Source: Longimicrobiales bacterium (GTDB lineage: Bacteria; Gemmatimonadota; Gemmatimonadetes; Longimicrobiales; Gaopeijiaceae). From it: a stretch of 64,000 bases of DNA. The number at the start of each line of letters is the position of its first letter. Position 1 is the first letter of the stretch. The translations under genes and the position numbers were made by a program. The DNA lies in contig CBDBCF010000001.1 of the NCBI GenBank assembly GCA_965202985.1, forward strand, positions 2,176,001 through 2,240,000, given 5' to 3'. This document shows, in pieces, positions 26,298 to 41,197 of this stretch. The notes below the pieces were generated by a model that was given only the letters and a program-made list of their open reading frames with translations, was not told the origin of the DNA and ran no database searches.

Positions 26298-27230
26298 CTA
26301 ACCAGGCCTTGCGTGACCCGACCTACGTTCCCCCCTCACACAGAGCCAATAGCCGTCTTCGCCTGGGTGCGGATGTGGGACCCACCAACATGTAAAACTG
26401 GGATCGACGTCTGGATAATCATCTGGATCTCCGGCGATGTGAGTCTCACCCCCAGTGCCTGAATCCGGTATCCTTCCGACTCTCTGACATCGGCTGTTGG
26501 ATGACTGTGACCGTGCATAACCTGCTCCCGACGTGGTTGCCTCATGAGACGCCCTGATGCTCGCACAGATTGAAGCCTCCCCGTCAAGCCTGTAGCTAAC
26601 AGTTTCGGATGCGCTTAGGTGAGTCTCGCACCAGATGCCCAAGGGCGTCCGCGCCATAATGCTGTTGCCACCTCTCAAGTCACCAGTTGTGTTCACATAG
26701 GCATCTGTGGCTTGCCGTGCATCTACGTTTGTTGTTTGGCTGGTAGTACCGGAAACGTAAGCCTTGTCGTCGTCATCCCATATTCCCGTCCATGATGAGG
26801 CTTCGATGAAATGCACCGAGCGAGCATCGCAGTTGTCGTTGCGGGCAGCTGCAATCTGCGGGATAGGCTCTCCGGTGCGCGCGAAGACAATGTATTCTTC
26901 CCCTCTTTCGGGAAACGGTCCAAGCGTTCTGGACCAGAACCGAATTCCTCTCTTTGAGTGGGCTACAGCACTCTCAAGAGACGTTCCCCATCTCTCCCGA
27001 GCAACCATATGCCCGCCCGTGCCCTCGAGGGCCGCCAAGAGGGCTCGCGCTTCCCTGAGCTTCGCCTTAACGGCAGGCCGGTCAAGCCTGACCGACCCAA
27101 TCTCCTGAGGAGCCTCGGTGTTCGTGGATGCGGTAGTGGTCGGCGGTTCGCAGGCCGTCAGCGCCCCCGCCATGACCGCGACCAGCACCATGCCGCGGTC
27201 GTCTACTGTTGTCCAGTGCTTCCGTTTCAT
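26298..27230 (-). CDS. Hypothetical Cys-containing lipoprotein
   Basis: 310-aa ORF, GGGAG RBS, lipobox LTAC, lower GC than flanks, no family recognised. Confidence 0.7.
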   Translation of the reverse strand: MKRKHWTTVDDRGMVLVAVMAGALTACEPPTTTASTNTEAPQEIGSVRLDRPAVKAKLREARALLAALEGTGGHMVARERWGTSLESAVAHSKRGIRFWSRTLGPFPERGEEYIVFARTGEPIPQIAAARNDNCDARSVHFIEASSWTGIWDDDDKAYVSGTTSQTTNVDARQATDAYVNTTGDLRGGNSIMARTPLGIWCETHLSASETVSYRLDGEASICASIRASHEATTSGAGYARSQSSNSRCQRVGRIPDSGTGGETHIAGDPDDYPDVDPSFTCWWVPHPHPGEDGYWLCVRGERRSGHARPG

Positions 27231-27538
27231 GCCGTCTCAACTCCCCAGGCAGTTAGATCGGGTTCCAGCGGCCATCAGTAGTATATGGCCGTCGGTACCT
27301 CGAGCGCAAGGACATTCGCCGCGAGCCCAGTTCTCGGAATCCCGGACGTTTGCGGGGCGGTTGGGAAAGCCATGCGACCACTTACGGAGTCTCAATGCTC
27401 CGAGGGTTCGGTCCAACGTGTCGCACACCGCGCGGCACCACTGGAACGGCGGCCCACGATCCGGTAGAATTGCTCGTGTCGCGGTGCGCCCGCGTCCGTT
27501 GTCGCCGTGCCCTCGAACCCTCACCGGAGGATTTCCCC

Positions 27539-27955
27539 ATGCCGTACCCCGAGATGATGGTGGCGCCGATGCGCCAGGAGTTGGTCCGGATCGGCTTCCA
27601 GGAGCTTCGCACCGCCGAAGACGTGACCCAAGCCATGGACGCCATGGAGGGAACCGTGTTGGTGGCGGTCAACTCGGTGTGCGGTTGCGCGGCCGGCATC
27701 TTTCGACCCGCCATCGCGCTGGCGTTGCAGGACGCCAAGCAGCCGGAGCACATGGTCACCGTCTTCGCCGGGCAGGACACAGCCGCGACCGCCGAAGCCC
27801 GCAAGCAGTTCGTGGGCTATCCGCCGTCGTCGCCTTCGGTGGGCCTGCTCAAGGACGGGAACCTGGTGTTCATGCTGGAACGGTTCCAGATCGAAGGCCG
27901 GTCCGCGCCCGACATCGCGTCCGACTTGGGAGCCGCTCTCCAGGAGCACTGCTGA
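27539..27955 (+). CDS. BrxA/BrxB family bacilliredoxin
   Basis: GGAGG RBS; MVAPMRQEL..GFQEL, VNSVCGCAAG..RP, TVFAGQD, PPSSPS, ERFQIEGR. Confidence 0.93.
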   Translation: MPYPEMMVAPMRQELVRIGFQELRTAEDVTQAMDAMEGTVLVAVNSVCGCAAGIFRPAIALALQDAKQPEHMVTVFAGQDTAATAEARKQFVGYPPSSPSVGLLKDGNLVFMLERFQIEGRSAPDIASDLGAALQEHC

Positions 27956-27984
27956 CGGGGGCGGAGGCCGGCCGGGTCCCGCCG

Positions 27985-28398
27985 CTACTCGGCTCCCGCG
28001 TTCTCCCGCCGGCCCGCGAGCCATCCGTCCACGGAGTACTTCCCGCCGCCGTTGGCGAAGAAAAACAGCCACGTGAAGCTGTAGAGGGCGGCCAGTTCGC
28101 CTCGATTCAGGACGGGCCAGAACCCCTGGGGCGCGTGACTCATGAAGTAGGCCACCGCCATCTGGCCGGACAGAAGAAAGGCCACGGGGCGAGTGAAGAG
28201 GCCGGCGATGATCAGCAGGCCGCCGGCGAACTCCATGATCCCCGCCACGCCGACCAAGGTCGCGAAGCTTTCGACCTGCTCCCGGCCCAGGACGCCGAAC
28301 ACCTTTTGGAGGCCGTGCTGGAGGAAGAGGAAGCCCGCGACGACGCGCAGAGCGTTGAGGGCGAGTTCGTTGAATCCGCCGCGGTTGGTTCCGTCCAT
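27985..28398 (-). CDS. DoxX family membrane protein
   Basis: LRVVAGFLFLQHGLQK, EFAGGLL..GLFTRP.A, MAVAYF..H, NRGELA, GGGKYSVD. Confidence 0.92.
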   Translation of the reverse strand: MDGTNRGGFNELALNALRVVAGFLFLQHGLQKVFGVLGREQVESFATLVGVAGIMEFAGGLLIIAGLFTRPVAFLLSGQMAVAYFMSHAPQGFWPVLNRGELAALYSFTWLFFFANGGGKYSVDGWLAGRRENAGAE

Positions 28399-28530
28399 GG
28401 TCGGTGCGCTCCGTTTCGTTCGTGCGTTCCTGCGAGGTCGCGGGGGACCGAGCCGGAGGCGGCCCGGCGCAGCGGACAGGGTAATGGGCGACCGACCCGG
28501 CCGGCAAGCGACCGGTTCGCCCGACGGGGC

Positions 28531-29322
28531 CTACTTTCCGGCCTTGAGGCGCCGCCGCTTCTTCTTCTCGATGCGCCGCCGCTTCTTCTCGGCGCGCTTC
28601 CTGCGCCGGGCGTCGCGCTTGGATTCGCCGGGGTAGCGCGCGTTCACCTCGATGGAGCCGAAGACGGCGAACCCGTTCACGCGCACGACCGGGCCGCCCG
28701 ACCAACGGGAAGCCTGCACTGGATCGGACTGCTCGAACGAGCCGAAGACGGCGGAGCCGTTGCACTCCACGTCCATCCCCGGCGGCACGATCACTTCGAC
28801 GGACCCAAACACCCCGACCGAGTGAATGGCGTAGTTGCCCGGCGCCATCAGGGCTTCCCGCAGATCGACCACCTGGGTGCCCATGAAGGAGACCAACGTG
28901 GTCCGCCGCGCCGGAACCCACCTCCCCTGCCGCTTCGTCTCGCCGAAGACGGCCACGGCACGGTCGTGATCGCGTATCCGCCCCGGCGCAGGCACGTCGG
29001 AGGGCGTCCGGACGGCTTCGTCAGGGGGCGCGGTCGGGGGCGTGGGCGCGGCGCCGGCGGGCACGGACGCGGGTGCGCGCGCAATGGCAGGCGCGGACGC
29101 GGACGAGCCGGGCAGCGGCAGCCCGCGAACCGCCTCCTCCAGGTCGGCCGCGGCTTCGGCCTGGTGCACCAAGTCCGCACGGCGCTCGAAGTCCTCCATG
29201 TCCAGCAGGTCTTGCGCGAAACACTCGCTGAGCAGATCGATGGCCCGGCTCTTGGCCGCCTCGATGGGCGCGCCGCTGCCCCCGGAACCGCCGCCCGGCC
29301 CTGGGCGCTTCCGCCTACTCAT
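28531..29322 (-). CDS. DUF1707 (SHOCT-like) + LiaF-like domain protein
   Basis: LLSECFAQDLLDMEDFERR N-terminus; AVFGETKRQGRW, VDLREA, FGSVEVIVPP, AVFGSIEV; basic tail. Confidence 0.8.
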   Translation of the reverse strand: MSRRKRPGPGGGSGGSGAPIEAAKSRAIDLLSECFAQDLLDMEDFERRADLVHQAEAAADLEEAVRGLPLPGSSASAPAIARAPASVPAGAAPTPPTAPPDEAVRTPSDVPAPGRIRDHDRAVAVFGETKRQGRWVPARRTTLVSFMGTQVVDLREALMAPGNYAIHSVGVFGSVEVIVPPGMDVECNGSAVFGSFEQSDPVQASRWSGGPVVRVNGFAVFGSIEVNARYPGESKRDARRRKRAEKKRRRIEKKKRRRLKAGK

Positions 29323-30184
29323 GGCCCGTGTCCACGACCGTGCCCCCGCACGTCTTGCAGAAGCGGGCGTCGTGGTCGTGTCCCTCGCTCCGGCAGCCCG
29401 AACAGATCCGCGCCCAGATTTCCCCCTGGTTGTCGTCCTCGCTTTCGGTCGCCGCCTGTACGAGCCCTACGCTCACGATACCCGTGGGCACGGCGATCAT
29501 GCCGTACCCCAGCAGCATGATCGCAGCCGCCACGAACTGGCCCGGCGCCGTGTGCGGCGTGATGTCGCCGAACCCCACCGTCGTCAGCGTCACGACGGCC
29601 CAGTAGACCGCAACCGGTATGGAGGTAAAGCCGGCGGACGGTCCTTCGACCAAGTACATGAGCGATCCCAGGATGACGACCAGAGTCAGCACCGTCACCA
29701 GGAACACGGCGATGCGGTAGCGGCTGGCGGCCAGCGCCCGGCCCAGGGTTCGCGCCTCGCCCAGGTAGCGCACCGCCTTCAGGTCGCGGAAGACGCGCAG
29801 GACCCGCACGACGCGCACCACGCTCAGGAAGCGCGTTCCGGGGAAGAGGACGCTCAAGTACGTGGGAACGATTGTCAGGAGATCGACGATGCCGAAGAAG
29901 CTGAACGCGTAGCGCCGCTTGGACCGGACGCACGCCAGGCGCGCCGCGTACTCGACCGTGAAGCCGATCGTGAACGCCCACTCCAAGGCGCGAAGGAGCG
30001 GGCCGTGGCGCTCCACGATCCTTTCCACCGAGTCCAGCATGACCACGGCCACGCTGGTCAGGATCGCCAAGATGAGCACGATGTCGAAGACCTTCGCCGT
30101 GCGGTCCGTGTCGGCTTCGAAGAGGACTTCGTACAGGCGGCCTCTCCACGAGGGGCCGTTGCGGGGTCGGTTGCTGGGGAACAT
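29315..30184 (-). CDS. Voltage-gated potassium channel (ion transporter) with C-terminal zinc ribbon
   Basis: S4 RVVRVLRVFRDLK; pore TLTTVGFGDITP; IAVPTGIV; CSGC..FCKTCG. Start uncertain (ORF extends to 30259). Confidence 0.92.
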   Translation of the reverse strand: MFPSNRPRNGPSWRGRLYEVLFEADTDRTAKVFDIVLILAILTSVAVVMLDSVERIVERHGPLLRALEWAFTIGFTVEYAARLACVRSKRRYAFSFFGIVDLLTIVPTYLSVLFPGTRFLSVVRVVRVLRVFRDLKAVRYLGEARTLGRALAASRYRIAVFLVTVLTLVVILGSLMYLVEGPSAGFTSIPVAVYWAVVTLTTVGFGDITPHTAPGQFVAAAIMLLGYGMIAVPTGIVSVGLVQAATESEDDNQGEIWARICSGCRSEGHDHDARFCKTCGGTVVDTGHE

Positions 30185-30206
30185 CCGTTTTCTCTTCGGC
30201 GAACCT

Positions 30207-30875
30207 CTATTCGGCAGGCGCTCCGATTCCGCTGGGGCATTCGACGCCCGTTCCTCCAAGCCCGCAGTACCCGCCGGGGTTCTTGGCCAGGTACTGCTGA
30301 TGGTACGCTTCCGCGTAGTAGAACTGGGGGGCCGGCGCGATCTCCGTCGTCGCGAGCTTGAACCCGGCCTGGGTCAGCTCGCGCTGGTATCGCGTGCGCG
30401 AAGCTTCGGCCAAGCGCCGCTGCCGGTCGCCCACCGTGAAGACGGCGGAGCGGTACTGGGTGCCCACGTCGGCGCCCTGCCTCATGCCCTGGGTCGGATC
30501 GTGTCCCTCCCAGAACGCGGCCAGCAGGGAAGCGTAGTCCATGGCGTCGGGGTCGAAGATCACCAGCACCGCCTCGGCGTGTCCCGTGGCGCCGCTGCAA
30601 ACTTCCGGGTACGTGGGGTTGGGCGTGGCGCCCCCTTGATAGCCGACCGCCGTGGAATGAACGCCCGGCGCTTCCCAGAACTGTCGCTCCGCGCCCCAGA
30701 AGCACCCCATGGCGAAGTAGGCGCGCTGGAAGCCCGCCGGAAAGGGCGGTTGGATGCGGTTGCCGTTCACGTAGTGCACCTCTGGCACGTCCAAGGGCTC
30801 GGCCCGGCCCGACAGGGCTTCGTCCGCGCCGGGGATTCGCAACCCTTGCGGGTCCACGAACCGCCTGTCGATCAT
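30207..30875 (-). CDS. msrA: Peptide-methionine (S)-S-oxide reductase
   Basis: [56 protein letters not shown]. Confidence 0.97.
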   Translation of the reverse strand: MIDRRFVDPQGLRIPGADEALSGRAEPLDVPEVHYVNGNRIQPPFPAGFQRAYFAMGCFWGAERQFWEAPGVHSTAVGYQGGATPNPTYPEVCSGATGHAEAVLVIFDPDAMDYASLLAAFWEGHDPTQGMRQGADVGTQYRSAVFTVGDRQRRLAEASRTRYQRELTQAGFKLATTEIAPAPQFYYAEAYHQQYLAKNPGGYCGLGGTGVECPSGIGAPAE

Positions 30876-30969
30876 TGTGTTTGCGCCTCCTCCCCAACTC
30901 CGCCGCTTCCGTTCAACGTGATCAAGCTAACACGACGACGGCGACGGCCGAAGCAAAAACGGTGCCGCC

Positions 30970-36349
<5,380 letters not shown>

Positions 36350-36374
36350 CGCTAAACGAGAGGAGAGCAGCAGC

Positions 36375-36977
36375 GTGGCATATGACCCATTGGACTACAA
36401 CAACCTAGCTCGAAGCGTCGTAGAGGCGCTCCTCGGCGCGCGCCCTTCCACCCTTCCTCCAGATGCATTCGACGGCTCAGGCGTCTATGCGATCTACTAT
36501 GCGGGACCACTGGAGTACAGGGCCACCGCTTCGGCGGAGGAAGTCCCGATTTACGTCGGGAAAGCGATTCCGCCAGGTGGACGAAAGGGCGGCCGTGGGC
36601 GTGGCCCTGCAGCAACCCGACCACTCCATCGACGACTGCGGGACCACGCGAAGTCGATCGGCCAGACAACGAATCTGTCTCCGGAACATGCCAGCTGTCG
36701 TTATCTGGTCGTGGTGCCGGTCTGGATCAGTCTGGCGGAGCGTTTCCTGATCGACCATTTCAAACCGCTGTGGAACACGGTGCTCGACGGTTTCGGAAAT
36801 CACGATCCCGGTCGCGGCCGACGGAACAGTGCGCGGCCCCGATGGGATATCATGCACCCGGGCCGCGCGTGGGCGACGCGTCTCCGGGCGAGCGAGTCAA
36901 GGGAAGACATCTTGGCGGCGATCCAGGTTCAGCAGCAGACCGAGAGCAAGCATCCTGCTTTCGTCAAGGTGCCCTGA
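36375..36977 (+). CDS. Eco29kI-family GIY-YIG type II restriction endonuclease
   Basis: GAGGAG RBS; YDPLDYNNL, GSGVYAIYY, PIYVGKA, RLRDH, LAERFLI, PLWN..LDGFGNHDPG.GR..WD..HPGR.WA. Confidence 0.9.
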   Translation: MAYDPLDYNNLARSVVEALLGARPSTLPPDAFDGSGVYAIYYAGPLEYRATASAEEVPIYVGKAIPPGGRKGGRGRGPAATRPLHRRLRDHAKSIGQTTNLSPEHASCRYLVVVPVWISLAERFLIDHFKPLWNTVLDGFGNHDPGRGRRNSARPRWDIMHPGRAWATRLRASESREDILAAIQVQQQTESKHPAFVKVP

Positions 36978-38505
36978 GTTCCACGGCCGTCTCGTACAGT
37001 CGTACGGGACGTGCTACCTTGCCTGCGCGCACGGACGAGTTGATCACGCTGTTTCCCGTTCTCTTGGTGCGCACCATGTGGATGTCCGCCAACTGAAAGC
37101 CTTCCGCCTCGGCGATATTGGCGAACAAGCGATCGGTTTCGAATTCGATTCCTTGAAGAATGTTGTTCCCGATCACCACAACGACCGTTCCACCCGGACG
37201 CATCACGGCCCTTGTCACTTGGCAGAAACGCTGACAGTCGTTGAAATAAGAAGTTGCATAGTTGGCCCAGCCCGGGCCGCCGTAGGCCCCCTTGTCCGCG
37301 TTGCAGCTGCGAAGGCGCCGCAGCTTCCGGACGAGGTGTTCGAGATCGGGTTGCAACGGGATCTCGGGGCCTGTTCGGACGGTCTGCCAAAACTGACCAA
37401 AGCTCTGTCGCTCGATATCCTTCAAGTCCGTCGTGCTCTGAACGAGATCAAGCCAAAACAGTTGCGGACGAGTATTCCTAATGTAGTGATAATTGTTCAG
37501 ATATGGAGGTGAAGTAATCATCAAGTCAATGCTGTGAGGTTCGATGCGATTTGCGTGCTTCAGGTACGATACCGGGTGCAGCGTAGCGACCGGTGGCTTG
37601 TCGAAGCCACCGACCTCGCGCTGGAACCCAAGCATGTCCTCAAGGATATCGCGTAGCTTGTTTCTCACTATTCCCGGAACATCGGCCTGCTCGATATTGG
37701 GCCTGCCCGCACCGGCTCGAGTACCAAGGCTGGGTTCGTAGGAGTAGTTCGAGAAGCTCACCATCACGGAACCCAGCGCCAGCCGGAAGACATCGGCAAC
37801 CCAACCGCTCGTTTCCTCTCGGATAAAGTCCAGGCACGCAAGCACCTGCCTCTCCACATCTGGACTAAAGAATGGTACGCGGCTCTTGAAGCCTGGCGGC
37901 GGCACGGCTCGGGGCTCTTTGTCTTGCCAGAGCTTGTCGTCGGTGTAGTCTTCAAAGTGTTCGATCGCTGCTTCCAGCTCGGAGGCGTCGGAGACCGCCG
38001 CTCGCGCCTTCACACGGCACGCCAGGGCAGCGTACGGGTTGATCTCGAATCCCACGGCGGTGTCCGCGCTTCGAATCGCTTCAACGAGTGTGGTGCCTAC
38101 ACCGGCGAAAGGATCCAAGATGCGCAGACTCTCGTCTCCCTTCCGCACCGTCTCAAGTACGCCCGTTACGAACGAACTGGAGAATCCGGCGATCCAGGGC
38201 ACCCAGCGGTGAAGTTGCCGCTTGTGGTTGTCCGAGAACGCCGTGTCCCGGAATCCAGCCAACCGCAACTCGTATTGCGGTGCAGACTCATTTACCGTCG
38301 TGCGGTCGGCAAGACTTCGGTCCCGAGGGTTCGGGTCGTCGAGGCCCGCCAGCCACTCGTCCAGGGCGCTTCGCAGAAAACGCCATTCTCGACCGACCTT
38401 TCGGGCCGGAACCCGGCGTTGCCGCGCCATCTCGCCCAGCGTCTTGCGACTCACCCGAAACATGCGGGCCGCTTCGGCGAGTGTCAGGACTTCGTCGCTG
38501 GCCAT
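36964..38505 (-). CDS. Amino-DNA methyltransferase (SPPY, probably m4C, alpha order) with N-terminal excisionase-like HTH_17 domain
   Basis: VLTLAEAARMFRVS..VPARKVGREWRF..ALDEWL (HTH_17); ILDPFAGVGTT (motif I), GFEINP, ITSPPYLNNY (motif IV). Convergent with the REase, 14-nt overlap. Confidence 0.9.
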   Translation of the reverse strand: MASDEVLTLAEAARMFRVSRKTLGEMARQRRVPARKVGREWRFLRSALDEWLAGLDDPNPRDRSLADRTTVNESAPQYELRLAGFRDTAFSDNHKRQLHRWVPWIAGFSSSFVTGVLETVRKGDESLRILDPFAGVGTTLVEAIRSADTAVGFEINPYAALACRVKARAAVSDASELEAAIEHFEDYTDDKLWQDKEPRAVPPPGFKSRVPFFSPDVERQVLACLDFIREETSGWVADVFRLALGSVMVSFSNYSYEPSLGTRAGAGRPNIEQADVPGIVRNKLRDILEDMLGFQREVGGFDKPPVATLHPVSYLKHANRIEPHSIDLMITSPPYLNNYHYIRNTRPQLFWLDLVQSTTDLKDIERQSFGQFWQTVRTGPEIPLQPDLEHLVRKLRRLRSCNADKGAYGGPGWANYATSYFNDCQRFCQVTRAVMRPGGTVVVVIGNNILQGIEFETDRLFANIAEAEGFQLADIHMVRTKRTGNSVINSSVRAGKVARPVRLYETAVELRAP

Positions 38506-38626
38506 ATCTTCCCCATGTTCAGTTATTGACCGTTATTTGCCTGTATCTTCCACATCAAGGTCGTCACGTAGGGTTGTCCCAGTCAAGGGAGCGCCCGATG
38601 GGTCCGACGCCCCCGCCGGCCGGCCG

Positions 38627-40159
38627 CTAGCCGTCCCGCCGCCACTCCTCGGCGTAGGTGCGGCCGAAGCGGTCCAACGCTTCCACCACGACCGACCGGG
38701 GCGCGCCGGAAGGTCTGTCCGCCAAGCGAGCGCGGAACAGGTGATCGGTGGGCACGGGGTCCACCCACGGGCGACGAGACGGCAGGTCCGGTCCCGCGTG
38801 AAGGTTCAAGCTCAAGGGATCCGGCGCGGTCTCCCGAGTCATGGCCCCCCGGGGCTCGCCGTCCGCGAACCAGCGGACCGTCCACTCGGCGTCCCAGTCC
38901 CAAACGTTGGCCAGCAGGTCGTCGGGTGCCGCGGGGTCGGCCCCCGGCGGATAGACCCGCATCTGATGGGTCGTGGGCTGGCCGACGGTCTTGTATCGCC
39001 ACGTGACCTCTTCGCCGCGGATCTCGTAGACGCAGTAGCCGTTCGGCGTTCCGTCCCAGCAAATGGGACCGCTCCACCAAGCGCCGGACACGGCCCCGGT
39101 CACATGCTCGTGGATTCCACGCCCGAACAGATGCTCGGACTCGTGAAGGTGGCCGGCCAGCACGTGGGCGCGGAACGGTTCCAAGAGCCGATAAAGGGCT
39201 TCGCGGTTGGTGATCGCGGAACCTGTGCGCGGCGACTGTTCCCCGCGCCGGGCGTAGTGGCTTCCCAGGACCGGAATGTGCAGCGCCACGATCACCGGCG
39301 ACCCGGCCTCGATGCGGGCCAAGTCCCGCTCCAGCCACGTCAGCGCGTCCCGGTCCAGGTACCCGATGTAGCCGTTGCCGTGCCAGAACACGTCGTCCAG
39401 CACGACGTAGTGAACGGCGCCTCGGTCGAACGAATAGTTGCGAGGGCCGAAGCGGCGGCAGAACGTCTCGGTGGACGCTTCGTCCGTGAGGCCTGTCCGA
39501 TCCAGGTCGTGGTTCCCGACCACCTGGAAGAAGGGGACCCCGATGTCCTTGACGCCCCGCTCGTAGTCGGGGTACAGAGCCAAGTCGTCGTACATGATGT
39601 CGCCGCACGCGATCCCGAATGTGGGTGTGTCGCCCAGCGCGCGGACGGTGCGCGCCAAGTCGGGCACGGACTGCTCCAGGAACCAGTCCATCTCCCGCCG
39701 GTCCTGGGTCTGGATGTCCGCCAGCACCAGCATGGCATGGTTGTCGTGCGAAACGGGGTCCGGTTCCAGGTCGAACTCGGCCGTCTGTTCCGGCGCGTTC
39801 GTCAACTGCCGATAGAAGCGCGCAGTCCCCGTCGCGTTGGTGGGAATTCGGTATCCGGACGGACAACAAAACCACACGAACCGCCGGCTCGCCGTGGTCG
39901 CGATCTCGAAAGTGCCCCCGCCGTCCGTTTCTACGACCTGCAAGCCGTCCGAAACGGCCACGCCCGGCACTCCTCGACCCATCGATCGCACGACACCCCG
40001 CACCCGAACCGGCGCGTCGGCGGCCCGTCGCCCGTACGCGCTCGCCCACCCCGCCCACGGCGCGTACGGGTCGGCCAGCAACCGCCCGGGGTCGAGAACG
40101 ACACCGGCGATGCCCGCCGCGCCGGCCCTGACGAAGGCTCGCCGAGATGGAATGCGCAT
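38627..40159 (-). CDS. Tat-exported calcineurin-like metallophosphoesterase
   Basis: SRRAFVRAG twin-arginine signal; GVAVSDG N-domain; LADIQ, CGDIMYD, GNHD, ALHIP, GHLH, WDGTPNGY. Confidence 0.9.
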   Translation of the reverse strand: MRIPSRRAFVRAGAAGIAGVVLDPGRLLADPYAPWAGWASAYGRRAADAPVRVRGVVRSMGRGVPGVAVSDGLQVVETDGGGTFEIATTASRRFVWFCCPSGYRIPTNATGTARFYRQLTNAPEQTAEFDLEPDPVSHDNHAMLVLADIQTQDRREMDWFLEQSVPDLARTVRALGDTPTFGIACGDIMYDDLALYPDYERGVKDIGVPFFQVVGNHDLDRTGLTDEASTETFCRRFGPRNYSFDRGAVHYVVLDDVFWHGNGYIGYLDRDALTWLERDLARIEAGSPVIVALHIPVLGSHYARRGEQSPRTGSAITNREALYRLLEPFRAHVLAGHLHESEHLFGRGIHEHVTGAVSGAWWSGPICWDGTPNGYCVYEIRGEEVTWRYKTVGQPTTHQMRVYPPGADPAAPDDLLANVWDWDAEWTVRWFADGEPRGAMTRETAPDPLSLNLHAGPDLPSRRPWVDPVPTDHLFRARLADRPSGAPRSVVVEALDRFGRTYAEEWRRDG

Positions 40160-40170
40160 CACCGGTCGGG

Positions 40171-40884
40171 TCAAACCAGTTCGATCAGCGTCGCCAGGAT
40201 GGCGGTCGCAGCGGCGATGGCCCCGCATAGCCAGATGATCGTAGTCTTCTGGGCGCGTTCGATCTTGGCATCGATATTCGCCGCCAAGGCCGTGATGTCG
40301 CTGCGAAGGGACGCCTCGAGCTTCTCCATGTCACCGCGGATGGCGATCTTGAGCTTCTCCATGTCGCCGCGGATGGCGATCTCGGTCTTCTCCATGTCGT
40401 TGCGCAACTTCTCCAGCTCGCGACGAAGGGAAGCCTCGAGCTTCTCCATGTCGCTGCGGATGGCGATCTCGGTCTTCTCCATGTCGCCGCGCAGGGTCGT
40501 CTCGAGCTTTTCCATGTCGCTGCGCAGGGACGTCTCGAGCTTCTCCATGTCGTCGCGCAGGGACGTCTCGAGCTTTTCCATGTCGCTGCGCAGGGACGTC
40601 TCGAGCTTTTCCATGTCGCTGCGCAGGGACGTCTCGAGCTTCTCCATGTCGTCGCGCAGGGACGTCTCGAGCTTCCGCATGTCGCCGCGGATGGCGGTTT
40701 CGACCCTGTTCAAGTCGTCGCTCAGGGCCGCCTCGGTGCGAGCAAGGTCGGCCTTGGTAGCAAGCGTATCTTCCATGCCGCCGGCGACGAGGCCGACGAG
40801 CACGTGGGCCTGGGTCTCGTCGAACCCGCCTTCCTCTTGGAGGCGACGGGCCGCCTCGAGCGTATCGAACCTGGGGGGAGTCAT
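40171..40884 (-). CDS. DUF1640/CCDC90-like membrane-anchored coiled-coil protein
   Basis: Head FDTLEAARRL..GFDETQA, neck LATKADL, repeat stalk, C-terminal TM IIWLCGAIAAATAILATLI. A TACGAT hexamer 6 nt upstream of ATG suggests a leaderless start. Confidence 0.85.
   Translation of the reverse strand: MTPPRFDTLEAARRLQEEGGFDETQAHVLVGLVAGGMEDTLATKADLARTEAALSDDLNRVETAIRGDMRKLETSLRDDMEKLETSLRSDMEKLETSLRSDMEKLETSLRDDMEKLETSLRSDMEKLETTLRGDMEKTEIAIRSDMEKLEASLRRELEKLRNDMEKTEIAIRGDMEKLKIAIRGDMEKLEASLRSDITALAANIDAKIERAQKTTIIWLCGAIAAATAILATLIELV
40300..40716 (-). repeat. Intragenic 33-bp tandem repeat (12 x 11 aa, consensus DMEKLETSLRS) with one 21-bp unit
   Basis: 417 nt = 12x33 + 21; central units nearly identical at DNA level. 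Confidence 0.92.
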
Positions 40885-41197
40885 TCCCTTATCGTACACG
40901 TTTCGCTCGGAAACGGCTACACCTCGCTCGGGCGGCGGGTCCCCGTGGGACGGGTTGGCCTTGGTTGCGACGGCGCGGGTGGGTACGGTTTGTTGGTCAG
41001 GTCTCATGGCGGGCTCCGATTCGTGGAAGGGTGCTCCTCTTGCAGCGCGAACACAGAACAATACGACCAATCTTGGGACATTTGGATAGCTGAATCGGCC
41101 AGAGTTTCTGCGCCCGCCCAAACCGGCGCTTCACGCACCCCGACGTCCGTCTGGACGTGTGCGCGGACGGCCTGCGTCCCGGGGCGCGGCGCTGGAC

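Noticed and set aside
38340..38505. Excisionase implying a prophage or ICE
   Set aside because: The HTH is fused in frame to the MTase; no integrase, att repeat or phage genes were seen.
40300..40716. 33-bp repeats as a CRISPR array
   Set aside because: No spacers; the units are contiguous, in frame and encode a coiled coil; no cas genes.
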